In this document: piece by piece, positions 34,580 through 47,106 of the stretch
Layout of the letters: each line of letters begins with the position of its first letter
Numbering within the stretch: position 1 is the first letter of the stretch
NCBI GenBank assembly: GCA_040285825.1
Contig: JAUPSS010000003.1
Location: forward strand, 1,922,001-1,986,000
Source of the DNA: Eukaryota sp. TZLM1-RC
Taxonomy: Eukaryota > Protista > Metamonada: BaSk clade
Direction of reading: 5' to 3'
Length of the DNA: 64,000 nucleotides
Program-made: the position numbers and the translations under genes
The notes under the pieces: model-generated
What the model was told of the DNA's origin: nothing
What the model saw: the letters and a program-made list of their open reading frames with translations, nothing else
Database searches by the model: none

Positions 34580-35032
34580 ATGGATCTAGGCACTATATTT
34601 GCTGGCTTCCTCTTCTTGGTAGGTTCCATATTGTTCATACCGTTTCTTCCTCCCTTCTACACTTTGTTGGGATCTTTTTGCTTTCTGCTTGGTTCATTCG
34701 TTGTTTTTTTCATGTCCCAGTCCAGTCCTAACTTATCCTCTTTCACCTCCTCTTGCGCATACGTTCTAGGCAGTTTGTTGTTTTGTTCACCGTCGACAGA
34801 TTGGTTTGGGTCTGTTGTTTTTGCAGTCGGTTGTGTCATCTCTATTTCAGCTTTGGATTCCAAGGTTTCTCCAGCTTTTGTTAGTAATTTTTGTTTTATT
34901 GTAGGATGTTTATTGTTCTTAATCAATGACATTGTTTTCTATTATTTAGCTGTTGGGTTTTTTATCATTGGAAGTTTTCTACTACTGTTTACAGGATATC
35001 AAGCTTCTAAACCACTTGTTATCTCTGTTTGA
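34580..35032 (+). CDS. Small multi-pass membrane protein, YrhK-like repeats
   Basis: Three repeats of F/Y-x-x-G-S/C-x-L-F...G...F-x-x-G-S/C hairpins. Confidence 0.7.
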   Translation: MDLGTIFAGFLFLVGSILFIPFLPPFYTLLGSFCFLLGSFVVFFMSQSSPNLSSFTSSCAYVLGSLLFCSPSTDWFGSVVFAVGCVISISALDSKVSPAFVSNFCFIVGCLLFLINDIVFYYLAVGFFIIGSFLLLFTGYQASKPLVISV

Positions 35033-35825
35033 AGCTGTTTGACACGTCATTACACGTGGCAGTGGTTAATGTGATTTGTTGTTTTCGAGCAGTTGAAGAA
35101 TTGCAGTAGGTATCATCAGTTTCAAGATTATTATCTGCCAACTTTGCTGCAAATATATTTGAATTAAAAGCTGATTTCAGTAACTTAAAAGTAGATGATT
35201 AGTTGGAAGGATTATCACTAACGAGGTCCGATACGATTTCTTGGTAATTGGGTCAAAGCCCATCAGATGTTACTTGATCTTTTGTTATCTTGCTACCCTG
35301 GTGTATGAGAACGGACAAGTTCTATTTGGCATAAAATCGATTACGGTTCAGCATTTCGTTAGAACAATCTCGAAAATTTGAGACAATTTCTTACTTGGTG
35401 AAGGATAGCACATGTAGTACATTTAGTATCTATAAGACGTCCAAAAGGCCACAAATCAAATCTAAATCTCATATTGGTAACCTATACAAAACAGCTCAAA
35501 ACGAAGCAATATTTTTGAGGTAGTTGCATCATAAAGGAAAACAATGGCTTGACACAAATGTGTTGTAAAAATGTACAAAAAGCAGTATCAATAAATTAAT
35601 TGTGAGCAATTCCTCAATAAAAAGAGGGACATTTTCCCAGTAGAACAAATTTTTAAATTGTCTTGTTCAAATGTCCTAAGGAATAAGTGCAAAAAATTCA
35701 AAGGGTGCTTCGTATGAAGCAATGTAGAACAAAGTAATTGTTCAAATAATTGTTTTAAAAATAAATAGAGTGTATCTTCATCATCATCCGAATATTGAGG
35801 AATTTTGATAAAAAATAAAAATTTT

Positions 35826-35897
35826 CTCGGTCACGGGGAATCGAACCCCGGCCTCCCGCGTGACAGGCGGGGATACTCACCACTATACTATGACCGA
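35826..35897 (-). tRNA. tRNA-Asp (GTC)
   Basis: TCGGTCA/TGACCGA acceptor stem, CCCGC-CTGTCAC-GCGGG anticodon arm, GTTCGATTC T loop, downstream T-run. Confidence 0.98.
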
Positions 35898-35944
35898 CTT
35901 CAATAACGGTGATTTTTGTCCCGTCACGTTTCTCTTAGTTTCAA

Positions 35945-37096
35945 TAATATGTATTTAATATTCATTAAAAAACTTATAAATGAACATTTAAATAATCCAT
36001 CTCTCCCAAAACCAAGCAACTAGATACAACTTTCTCATAGTGAGATGCAAGAGAAAGCAAAGCATCAGAAACCAACTTCAACATCCCCTTAACAATAAAA
36101 ATCACAGTTTTATTTTGCCAAAACTATCTTTTGAAATTTCTTTATTTTTTAAAAAACAATATTTTATTCAACAACGAAAATGAAAACATAAAATACACAA
36201 TTAAAACTCCACATCCTCAAAACCTGCCTCCCCTACATCAAAACAATTATTTGCCAAACCAAAAATTCAGAAAATTTCCCAAAAGAAGACTGAATCAGAA
36301 ATCAGTTTTACCATTCCCTTAAAAATAGAAAATACAATCCTGTTTTGCCAGTAAACACGATTGAAAATTCTTCCAGTTCTTTCCTTTACAACTACAACAA
36401 AATCCTCAAGGAAAGCCATAGCAGCCTTACCCAAAGATCCAAGCAAAGAAAATACAAAGGGACATAAATTATATTGGGCATGAGAATTTTCATTAATCGA
36501 GGAAATGGGTTTCGCATATTTAGCAATTTTATATTTTTCGCCTGCAAGAAGAGGATTATTTACATCCGAGTTAATGAGATGTTCGTTAGAGGAATTACAA
36601 GGGTCAATAGACATGGCGTCTAAAATAGTAAAACTACCATTTAAACCGGGAACAACTAGATCACCTCTTGTCAGACCCAAAGAAGCTCTATTGTAACGCG
36701 TACTATCAATATTGGGATCATCAAGAATGAATTTTGATAACAGCGGTTCTAAAAAGGAATCTACTCGATATGATTTGCACATTACATAAATTTGGTCCCT
36801 GACGTTATTATGCACTTTGCTTCTAAATGTAATGAAATGTTTACAGTTCAAAAAATGAGTAAACAAAAGAGGTTTACCACATTTACAAGTTAAATGATTG
36901 GGCAAATTGTTTGGCCACAGAAAACAACGAAAACGCATGTTTGAAAGCCATTCATTGTTTTTTAACAAAAGTCCATAAACAGAGGGAATTTGAGTTACTA
37001 AAGCAACAACAGAGCTATCACGAATATCCTTTAAAAAATTACCGAAAGCAAGTTTTTTAGTTTTGGCCAAGCCAAGTCTTACTTCATAATCCAAGC
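35945..37096 (-). mobile_element. Tandem CRE-like 3' fragments (family C end, then family B CCHC+RLE)
   Basis: CKCGK...HFLNC, RGDLVVPG, KIAKY, WQNRIVFSIFKG. Confidence 0.88.
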
Positions 37097-39014
37097 AATT
37101 TCTGTTAGTTCTTTTGAAAATCATTTCAAAATCTGCCAAAAAACGTATAGCCGTGGGAGCAAGTGAACCAAATAGAGAAAACACCAATGGATACAAATTG
37201 TATTTTACATGCTGTTGATTGGACAATTTAATTAAAGGTTCATTGTATTTTTTGATATTCAAATTTTCAGCATTTGATAGAAGATGATGAATTTCAGAAT
37301 TAACAAGTGTTGGGTTCCACTGCAGTGACCAAAGGAAAAGCTGCATTAATTAACAAAAACAGAATTTAAACTATTGCCACGTCATCACACGTGATTTGAT
37401 GTTATCCAACATCTAACAATACCCCTTCTTCACCTCTCCTCTTTGATGATGGCAAATTCTTTGTTAAAGGATTGAGGACAACTTCAAACGGTTCTTCATT
37501 CGGGGAATCATTATCATGAACAGTCAGCACGTCACCAAGGCGTGATTTAGAACAAGTATTGGTAACTACTTCATTAACAACACAAAGAACAGTGTTCACT
37601 TTTTCTAGTTCTATAACACTGTGAACGTTGGTGGATCTTGTAGCGTCGTGATTCTGGACATTATTATTGTGGGGAGGGCAATTAAGAGCAATATGACCTG
37701 GCATATGACATCTATAGCAATTTTTGGTAGCAATATCTGTATCTCTAAAAGCTGAACGGAAATTTCAAGTATACAGAATTTCTGATTAAACTTTAGATCT
37801 ATCATGGGCAACAATTCCTTTAGTACCGACCTGCACAAGAGTTTTGAAATCAGGAATCAATTGGTCATTAATACGAAAGAGAGGGGATTCAGCAAGTCCT
37901 TTGGGAGTAATACCAGCGGCAAATTGTTTCATAAACACAGAATTAAAAATGACAAGACAGTCAGCCTTTTCCTTTTCCTTCAGAAAGCTTCTGAGGTCAT
38001 CGTTCATTCTTTCTTTGGCACTTGTAATTTTTACGTTCATTTTCAACCGAGACAGGGTTGGAGGTTGTAGTAGGAGGAAAAATTGTTTAGGACTGCAGAT
38101 AGTTGAACAACACACTATCAGAATATTTAATTTTAGGTTCATACAACTCTAACGACTTTGAAATAGAAGAATCTACAGAGAGTCTTAACAAAACCATTTT
38201 AGTGTTATCAGTGACAGACTGATACACTTCAAATTCGCTCAAAAACATTCATACATCTCCCTCGGACAGCGAGGTTAGATAGGGACGGTCGACAGGACGC
38301 ATCTAACGGTTTTACCAAAGGCAGGAACAAGAACATTGACGGTACAGGGACTGGGACAGGGTCAAGAACAAAAAAGTTATTATTGGGTTTTACTGCAGTA
38401 ACCAAAAGAAAAGATTTTATAATTGACAAAAACCGAATTTCAACTATTGCCACGTCATCACCAGTGATTTCATGTTATCCAAAATCTAACACAAGCCTTT
38501 TATTTGAGACATTAGAAGGATCATCAGACATTACATCCAATAAAATGGAGGTTCCATCTAATCTGGGTAATATGACATCACCTATATATTCTTAGAAAAT
38601 CATCATCAGCATCAAACAGGTTTGACAACAAAGTTCCAAAAAGGATTAAATTTTATGAGACCTACACATAAAATTAAATTGGTCTTTGACAGCAACATTG
38701 CTTCTAAGAATAATATGATGTTTACAATTTAACAAATGAGTAAGTATAATTTTTTGAGTACAATTACAAATTGAATTATGAGGCAAATTATGGTGCCAGA
38801 TAAAAGAACGAAGTCTCTTTCTTTTTTCTTTCTGATGCTGAAAATTTCAAAATCAAAAAATACAATGAACCTTTGTCCAAATTGTCCAGTCAACAGCATG
38901 CAAAATACAATTTGTATCCATTTGTATTTTCTTTTTTTGGTTCACTTGCTCCAACGGCTATACGTTTTTTGGCAGATTTTGAAATGATTGTAAAGAGAAG
39001 AACTAACAGAAATT
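37097..39014. repeat. Cassette bounded by about 180-bp inverted repeats of a retrotransposon RLE tail, copy 1
   Basis: Arms at 37097-37273 (minus) and 38835-39014 (plus); paralogous to 61804-63569. Confidence 0.85.
37308..38491 (-). mobile_element. Non-autonomous LTR element family 2 with gag remnant
   Basis: 111-bp LTRs at 37308-37418 and 38381-38491; TSD CTTG; purine tract; zinc knuckle CYRCHMPGHIALNC. Confidence 0.88.
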
Positions 39015-39184
39015 TCGACAGATTGTTTTGGCAAAATAAAACTGTGTTTTTTCTTGTTAAGGGGATGTTGAAGATGGTTTCTGATGCTTTGCTTTCTCAC
39101 TATGAGAGAATTGCATCTAGTTGCTTGATTTTGGGAGAGATGGATTATTTAAATCTTCATTTATAAGTTTTTTAATATTTGAAT

Positions 39185-39768
39185 ATTTATTGAACATTCA
39201 CACTTAATTAAATTAACTCATAATTTATGGGACGAATATCATTGAACCAAGATTTCCTCTACAGAATCTTGATCTGCTTGTTGTCTAGCTAAAGCTTCTC
39301 TTATTCGAATGAAAAACCAAGGTAATCTATTAATAATGGCAAATGGAATCCGAGAACGCCATAAAAAAATATCAAATCTTTTCATTGTTTTTTCTTGAAC
39401 CATTTTTTGGAAGTCATTCAAAAAAGTTTCTGCTTCATCTGATAATCTTCCATTTATCGAAAATGGGAAAGCAATAAAAACCAGCTGTGTATTTCTATCG
39501 GCATTAGCCTCTTCAATATCTTTATCATGTTTTCTATGTTTCTCTTTTGCTTTAAAATCAAGAGCAGTCACAGGATTCAGTTTTCTTCTGTAAACCAAAG
39601 TATCGTTTGCAACATTACATGAGACAAAGTCAACAAAAGCTTCAGAATTATCAATCCAATCACAGTATACATCACCTCTATCATCAGAACCAAAATTATT
39701 TAGAGAAAGTGTTTCCTTCAGCAGGGGCTCTTTGATACACGAAATTCTTGCAGATTGTGCCATATTGA
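39185..39768 (-). mobile_element. 5'-truncated family A retrotransposon, tail-to-tail with a family C 3' end
   Basis: RLE ORF 39239-39763 plus family A 3' UTR. Confidence 0.9.
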
Positions 39769-40389
39769 CAACATTCCTGGTTCTACTTCCAATTAATCAG
39801 CAAAAAATTCTGTTCTCCATGAATTAAAGGAACGTCAAAAATATAATGCTATGAAAAGAGTACAAGATCTCAAAATGTGGGTTATTCGCCCATTATAGCA
39901 AATTTTAAGAATGACAAATTTAATATGTTTCTATAAATCGAAGGAAGAAATTGAATCATGTTCAATTTTCATTTTTGCTAATGGAGCATGTAATTCATTC
40001 AACATTTGCGGCACATTTCCTAACCAGTAACCCAGATTGATAAAAAGACTTAAAAAAATTGACGTTTTTCAATATAATCTGACCATTTTTCCCTTCTTCC
40101 ATCAATGTACATTTTACATTGAATTCTGTATTTCAACAATTTCCAAACAGTTAGTTTTTGCAGATTTGTTTATAAAACAATGATGGCCATGAGACAAACA
40201 ATGGAACTCGAACAATCCTAACAATTCTGTCCTGAGACCAATCCAGGGTTAAAGCGGTTGTTCCTCTGAAATCTTTGTGTTTTAAAAAGCTCATGACGAT
40301 TGAGTGGAATATACTTAAATAAAAAAAGTAATACAAAGTAATGATAAATTTTTGTTAATCAACCAATTTCTTATTTAACAAACAGCGAA

Positions 40390-41170
40390 AAAAACATGAA
40401 ATACACAACTAAAGCTCCACATCCTCAAATTACGCCTCTTTGACCACGAATCAGTTAATTGTCAAAGATTCAGAAAATTTCCCAAAAGAAGAAAGTGAAT
40501 CAAAAATTAGTTTTTGCATTCCCCTATAAATTGAAAACAAAATCCTGTTTTGCGTAAAAAACATGATTGAAATTTCTTTCAGTCCTTTTACTACAACGAC
40601 CATGATTTCTCAAGAAATGCCAATACAGCCTTACCTAAAGTACCGAGCAAAGAATGAAATGAATTAAATTGGACACGATAGTTTTCATTAACAGAACAAA
40701 TAAATTTCGCGTATTTAGCAGCTTTGTATTTTCCTCAACAAGAAGAAAGTTATTGACATCAAAATTAAAGAAATGTTTAGAAGAATTTTAGGGTCATATG
40801 ACATGTCATCTGAAATGGTGAAGCTTCCATTTAAACCGGGAACAACTACTTCACCTCTTGTCAATTTCCATTGAAGCGCTATTGTAATGCGTACTACCAA
40901 TATTGAGGTCATCAAGAATTAATTTTGATAGCAAAGGTTCTAAACATCTACTTCATATAATTTGCACATGACATGAATTGGTCCCTGACATGATTAATTG
41001 TTCATTAAATATGTTGATTCAACCACTCATAAATCAAGATCTACATAATCCCCATATTCGCCAAAAAACACACAATGAGACGCAACAACATTCAAAAGGA
41101 AGCAGTTAATCAGAAACCAACCTCAACATCATGTTGAAAACCAGAAAAACAATTCCACTTTGCCAAATTT
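40390..41170 (-). mobile_element. Degenerate CRE-like 3' fragments
   Basis: RGEVVVPGLNGS and other remnants homologous to family B/C. Confidence 0.7.
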
Positions 41171-41788
41171 ATGATTAATGATTTACTTTTGTACGAAAGT
41201 CAAGCATTGATTCGAAAAAAAAACAAATTGGGCACATTTTCCTGTACGAAACTTTCATTTTGCCCTGTACGTACTGTTTGAATAATAGAAAATAACTATG
41301 ACAATTTATGTAGTTTCATCTGCTTTCAGTATTACAAATAGATTCACTTTAGAAAAAGGTTAATACGTTTGTATTACAGGTATAAGAAGAATTAATATTG
41401 AAAAATGTGAATCATCTCAAGCACACGAACCTTTCTACTGATACACACTGGTTAAAATTGTAACAGAATGTTCTCTTGCAGTTTCTCAAGTCAAGTTGAA
41501 CACAATACTGATGATCTAAATATCTTTAAAAACAACCATAATCAAAACTTTACATGCAAGCAAATATGAAAAAATTCCAGTTGGAATTCGAAAATCGTCA
41601 GGTATACAATCATGTGTTGAAATGTGGACAATTAGTCTATTACATTTATCTGTATACTTCGCTAGTGGTAATCTTTATAAGGTCCAGTGAAATTTAATTC
41701 TCCTTAATCTTGTTAACTTTTGCCTAAAGCATCACATGAGTGAAACAGTTTCTTCTAAATAGAAATAAACCACAATTGAACTACAATG

Positions 41789-43747
41789 TCAACACGTGAT
41801 ATTTCTGAGTGATACGGAATCCATAGCTTTAGGGATAAGAACACACCAGGGGAAAGACGTTAGCAATAGTAATTGGGACCTTTTCAAAATGTAACAAGCT
41901 TCTAGCAATTGATATTTGTTCAAGTATTTTTGCAATCTACAACCATGACTGAAAGAACAAAGACAATATATACATAAAAGTGGAAACTGTTCAGCTCTAA
42001 TAGATGAGAAAATGTTGAATGAAGTTGCAAATTGCTTCAGAGAAGGAAAGACGACGTTCCTACCAATTACGACTTTTGGCTTCAGTTTTAAAGATAATGA
42101 TGTGACTAATGAGGGTAGTAACGTCACTCCTTCAAGAATCGAAGCAGAAACTTCATAATCAAAAACACCTAAAGAACGCAAATTTGTCAATTCAGACAGT
42201 GTTCTTGGAAGTTCAATGCGCACATCAAGTCCCAGTGATAGTTCCACCAGAGTAAAAGGGAGATCACTAACAATACTAGTTGGAAAATCCAAATTCAGGA
42301 ACTTCAATGCTTTGAGATGCTTCAAGTTGAGAACTTTTGTACAATGTAATGGCGCATTAGTCAAGCATAAATTTGGTCTAATGGTTATTGATTGAACATT
42401 GAGAAAGCTGGCAAGCATTCCTTGATGATTATCCAGGTCGTTGGATACAAGTAAAACTTCCTTAACGACTGAATTCTCAGATGGGATGGTGTAGGATGTG
42501 TATGGTTGTATATTTACTCTGGTCAATGTTTCACAATCAAGTATTGAGTAGCAGTTTTGTACAAAACGTTGTGATCCAAACAAGGAAACAACATGACGAG
42601 CCAATGAACGAAACCTCTTGCTTATAGAGAACTTCTGTAAAAAGTGGCACTCAATATAGTGGTGAATTCCTAACAAAGATCTTAACCATTCAAGATGACG
42701 GAGCATTATAGCCTTGATGACATCATTGAACATATGTTGAAGGCCAACTATGGATGTTGTGCCTCGTCCAGTTACCTCTGATCCAAACACTATAACGGGA
42801 ACAGGTTGATGGTCAGAACAACCAAGTCCAAGTTGTCCACACGAGTTCCAGCCACAGCCTAGGATACATTGCTCTGTTACAACAAAGAGAGATTTTGCCA
42901 AAGCAAATACTGCTGAACAGCCATTCTTTAAATAGGTAACTGGTGATATATTAACTTCCTCAGGTAATCCCAGTGTACCTGCTTGATTCCAGCCCCACAG
43001 AAGAACCTGGCCATCATGAGTGAGTGCGACAGAGAAGAATGACCCAGCAGCTACAGCTTTGATCAAAGACAACATTGGCACTTTTTGTGGAGTTTCCATG
43101 TACTCTGTATGCCCAAGACCTAACTGACCATAATTGTTGACACCCCAGCTCCATAAATGACCACCATTATCAACTGCTAGAAAGAAACCTTGTCCTACCG
43201 CAACTGATACAGCACTGAGGTTAGTGATAGATGCAACTGAATCTTGACAATAGGTATACACTGCTTGTTCTTCAGTGATCATAATCACATTATCATCATA
43301 GTTTTCGAGCTGCACAACACCAACGGGGCCTATAGTGTGAAAGTCTTGTTCGTTTCCCCATTTCAGCACTCTTTTGTCTGCAGTTATGGCAAATGAACAA
43401 TATAGTCCTGCAAAAACTCGGCTCACTAAACAAGGCAGTTCGATTGGCGTAGGGCACAATAAGGGATTATCGTGACTCATTGAAAGTTGACCATGATCAT
43501 TCCTTCCCCAACCCAAAACTTCTTTATTAGACGTTATTGCTAGACAGTGGGTTGCACCAGAGGCAATATCGACAATGTTTTCGATGGGAAGTTTCACTGG
43601 TATAACAATCGCTTGGGGCAAACCTGGGATGATTTGGCAGAACCTGTTATCACCACAGCAGTAAACATGGCCTTCCTTGTTTAAAATGAGACTACGATGT
43701 GTTCCAGAAACCCGAATAGTTGCGAGCTCTTGATGAGGATCAGTCAT
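41789..43747 (-). CDS. RCC1-repeat protein with C-terminal LRR-like region
   Basis: GWGRNDHGQL, SWGVNNYGQLGLG, GWNSCGQLGLG repeats; LPFTLVELSL/L..L..L..L repeats. Confidence 0.9.
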   Translation of the reverse strand: MTDPHQELATIRVSGTHRSLILNKEGHVYCCGDNRFCQIIPGLPQAIVIPVKLPIENIVDIASGATHCLAITSNKEVLGWGRNDHGQLSMSHDNPLLCPTPIELPCLVSRVFAGLYCSFAITADKRVLKWGNEQDFHTIGPVGVVQLENYDDNVIMITEEQAVYTYCQDSVASITNLSAVSVAVGQGFFLAVDNGGHLWSWGVNNYGQLGLGHTEYMETPQKVPMLSLIKAVAAGSFFSVALTHDGQVLLWGWNQAGTLGLPEEVNISPVTYLKNGCSAVFALAKSLFVVTEQCILGCGWNSCGQLGLGCSDHQPVPVIVFGSEVTGRGTTSIVGLQHMFNDVIKAIMLRHLEWLRSLLGIHHYIECHFLQKFSISKRFRSLARHVVSLFGSQRFVQNCYSILDCETLTRVNIQPYTSYTIPSENSVVKEVLLVSNDLDNHQGMLASFLNVQSITIRPNLCLTNAPLHCTKVLNLKHLKALKFLNLDFPTSIVSDLPFTLVELSLGLDVRIELPRTLSELTNLRSLGVFDYEVSASILEGVTLLPSLVTSLSLKLKPKVVIGRNVVFPSLKQFATSFNIFSSIRAEQFPLLCIYCLCSFSHGCRLQKYLNKYQLLEACYILKRSQLLLLTSFPWCVLIPKAMDSVSLRNITC

Positions 43748-44541
43748 TGTGATGGGAAGATTTTTCTGTATATTTAGCTGTTCGTTATAAAATGATGCCT
43801 ACAATATACAAAACTTGGTTGTTGGCAGAAATTTAAATACCAGTATAAAACGAAGGGACCTTCTTTGAATGTACCCCAATTACCTTTTCCTATTTGCCTC
43901 ATCTTGCTTGAGTTTTCTTGAATTCATTCTTCTGCCAGTAAGAGTGAATCAATGTAGAACAAGTGGTTGTGATTAGGTCTATTGGTAGGCTTGTTTGTTA
44001 TAGTTGTAGGTGTCATTTTTTAAAGGATTATTATTGATAACATTTGTGAGACACAGAGTAATCATTGAGGATATTCATTTACATTTTTACAGAAGGAAGA
44101 TGTTCAGTGTGTTATATTTTTCCAATTTTGAAGAGTTTATCATTTATTCATTCAAAAACACCAATAAATGCAATGTTCTTACCGAATAGACAAGAAAAAG
44201 GTAACAATAGGTGAAACACATTCACTCAACGATGTCCACTTTGCTTAAAGAATGAATGACTCAAAGTATCCGAATGATTTCTGTTCTTTCAATATAGCAA
44301 ATTATATGTTTTGTCTGGTTTCAAATAATTCAAATCAGTAGTTTTTGTGCAACTGATCAATGCTGCAAAAACTAACAAATTTTATCAAACTACAATTACA
44401 ACACTTACTAAAATTAAATCAGAACTAATGAGACTAAAATCGGTTAACCATGATTTGCTCTACAAAATCATCATCTTTATGTTTTCTTGTTTTAAAAATT
44501 CCAAAACAAAATCCAAAATTAAGAAATTTATTATTTTCAAA

Positions 44542-46626
44542 TCACCTTCGCCCCTCGTAAGCACTAAGTGCATCATTGGCAAAAAACTGCAAAAACTTTG
44601 TCAAATCCTCATTGCTAAACAGACTAATATAGTTATAACTACTACTAGAAATCAAATCAGCGAGCTTCAAGCAATCCGAAAAAAGTCCTTCTGATATTAA
44701 TACTGAATGTAATAAGAAGAACAACTCCACAACATGTCTTTTTCTTATTGATTCTAATTCAGCTATTCTTTCAGACATTACAAAATCATCAACAACATCA
44801 ATTAAAAACCCACCATCAATCAACAAACAAGACTTAATTTGACTAATGAGCTGGTCAGCGGTGACTTTCGAAGACCGCTTTCTCCATTGATTATACAAAT
44901 GGTAGCACTCGGTTAATGAAACCAAACAATGAAATTCATGAAGTCCATTGACTTCATTAGGTTTTTGACCTAATTCCTCCCATAAATGATGCATTAATTC
45001 ATCTGTATCTTCAGGGAGAGTGTGGAGTAGACTTCTGGCGGATTCAAATCTATCATTTTTGATGAGGGATCTGGACATTTGATTGGCAGAAATGATTGCT
45101 TCTCCACGTTGTTTCCGGTCAACAATCAAAAATGAAAGGGCTTCCTGGCATTTTTGAACTGTATCACGAAGCGCCACGTCATCATGGACAACAGTTCTTC
45201 GAAGGTCAACAGACTGTTGACGAAAACCAGCAGCATTTCGAGCGACTGATTGAGCATCCAATTGAAATGACTCTGCCAATTTTAATGCATCTGAACGAAG
45301 ATCAGCAGGAAGAACAGACAAAAATTTACCGAAAATTTGAGATGATCTGGAAGGGACCAGCGATGAAAATTTGGCAATTGAAGTAAACTTCAAGGACAAG
45401 AAATTAACTTTATCTTGTTCATTTTGGGGGTGAATGGTTTTAAATAGGTTCTCAAAATCAGAAACCAGAAAATTCGAATAAAGCTCGCTAATTTCCTCCA
45501 ATTTGTCAACTGAGACGTTTGATGACGTGTCAATCGTACCAGCAAGTGTCATAGTAAGCCCGACACATATACCAAACCGTAGTAAATGACCATAGAGAAC
45601 TGAATCATGACTCAATTCAGAGAGCCATTTAAATAAATAATTAATTATATAAGAGTCATTATTTACCATTATTAAAGTTTGAAATAATATTTGTGGATTT
45701 TTAAGAGCTTTTTTGATAAAAGAATTTGGTGATCTTTCTAATAAATCAATCATTTTTGATACCGAAAATGATGTGGAAGGGGGTAAAAACTCTTCAATCC
45801 CTGCCGAATACCTTCTAAATTTAGAAACATCTTCTCCCATGATTAAATCTGAACAGTTATCAATCAAAACTGATGAAATAGAAAATACACCTTGATAAAA
45901 AGATTCAACAACTTTTAAACAAGGAGTGCAATCACCTCCTAATAAGCCATAAATCGCTTTTTCATAATCATTATTACTCTTCTTACTCAATTGTCGTAAT
46001 GAAAATCTATTAATAATTCTATCGGGATTTCCATAAACACCATCGCCATCAACATGTTCAAGTTGAGTTCCGGTCAGCGAAGCAGCAGCGAGATAGTGTT
46101 CCGAGGATGCAAGGAGAGAGACAGCTTCATCCACTTGGGAAGAGAGGAGAAGTTTCCAGACAGAAAAGTAAATGGAAGAAAGATCGGGATCAGGGGTATA
46201 ACGGTCTTTTGAAGTCAAGAGATATTGAGCCCATGTCTTGACCGTGTTGAGAGTTTGTAATTCCTTGTCTGAGAGGATTCTAGATGTTACCGTTTCAGAA
46301 GGAGATGCGTGAGGAAGTAGAGGTAGATCGGTGGGGGGATTGGAAAGAAGGTATTGCCATAGAAGCCACGTTTCATGCTCTAGTTTAAGAAATGACTCAA
46401 GTTGGGTGAGGTTGTGGATCTGATGGGCTTGTTCTGTGGAAGAAGGTGCGGTTTCGAGTTCAGAGAGTTGGGCCCGTATGCGATCAAGATGTGTAGATGT
46501 TATGTGTACTAAATGTTCAACGAATTCGATGGCTCCAGCTTCATTAGGGGAAGCTCTAAGGGAGAGATTGAGATTGCATACAACTGCTGAAACATCATCA
46601 TGGAGAGACGGCGGCGTTGATGACAT
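44542..46626 (-). CDS. NUP107: Nuclear pore protein Nup107/Nup84
   Basis: LEHETWLLWQYL, W.LL...LAAASL.G, YEKAIYGLLGGD, ELESIRKRHV patterns. Confidence 0.8.
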   Translation of the reverse strand: MSSTPPSLHDDVSAVVCNLNLSLRASPNEAGAIEFVEHLVHITSTHLDRIRAQLSELETAPSSTEQAHQIHNLTQLESFLKLEHETWLLWQYLLSNPPTDLPLLPHASPSETVTSRILSDKELQTLNTVKTWAQYLLTSKDRYTPDPDLSSIYFSVWKLLLSSQVDEAVSLLASSEHYLAAASLTGTQLEHVDGDGVYGNPDRIINRFSLRQLSKKSNNDYEKAIYGLLGGDCTPCLKVVESFYQGVFSISSVLIDNCSDLIMGEDVSKFRRYSAGIEEFLPPSTSFSVSKMIDLLERSPNSFIKKALKNPQILFQTLIMVNNDSYIINYLFKWLSELSHDSVLYGHLLRFGICVGLTMTLAGTIDTSSNVSVDKLEEISELYSNFLVSDFENLFKTIHPQNEQDKVNFLSLKFTSIAKFSSLVPSRSSQIFGKFLSVLPADLRSDALKLAESFQLDAQSVARNAAGFRQQSVDLRRTVVHDDVALRDTVQKCQEALSFLIVDRKQRGEAIISANQMSRSLIKNDRFESARSLLHTLPEDTDELMHHLWEELGQKPNEVNGLHEFHCLVSLTECYHLYNQWRKRSSKVTADQLISQIKSCLLIDGGFLIDVVDDFVMSERIAELESIRKRHVVELFFLLHSVLISEGLFSDCLKLADLISSSSYNYISLFSNEDLTKFLQFFANDALSAYEGRR

Positions 46627-47106
46627 TAGATTTGTATTATATATTATATTACAATCAGATTGCGTTTAAATAAGCTATTTGATAGTTTTTCAACAAATAT
46701 AGTTTTTGACCAAATATAGAGAATTAATTTAGCAGCTTATTCTTCATTACCCCACATTAATACATATAAAGGCACAAAACTACATCGACAAGGACGCTTC
46801 CAAAAAGGTTTGAGTGTAGCCAAACATTTGGAAAGTGCTGTCTCATGAATGAACTATTACAACTTCTTGAGAAAAGGGCGAATGTATTTGAAGGCACTGA
46901 TTGTTGTATGGTACATCAGTATCGTAGCCACACTAGCTAGTTAATAATGAACAATATTTCTTCTGTTAGTGTGGTTATCCAGTACAAAGAAGCAAAATAT
47001 AACTCCCACGACTGTAAAATATACATCAAGAAGTTGTCTGCGGTGATTGTTTTTGACAATAAAAATGCTAATTAAATTGAGCCAGAGCACCAGTCAATAT
47101 CACGTC

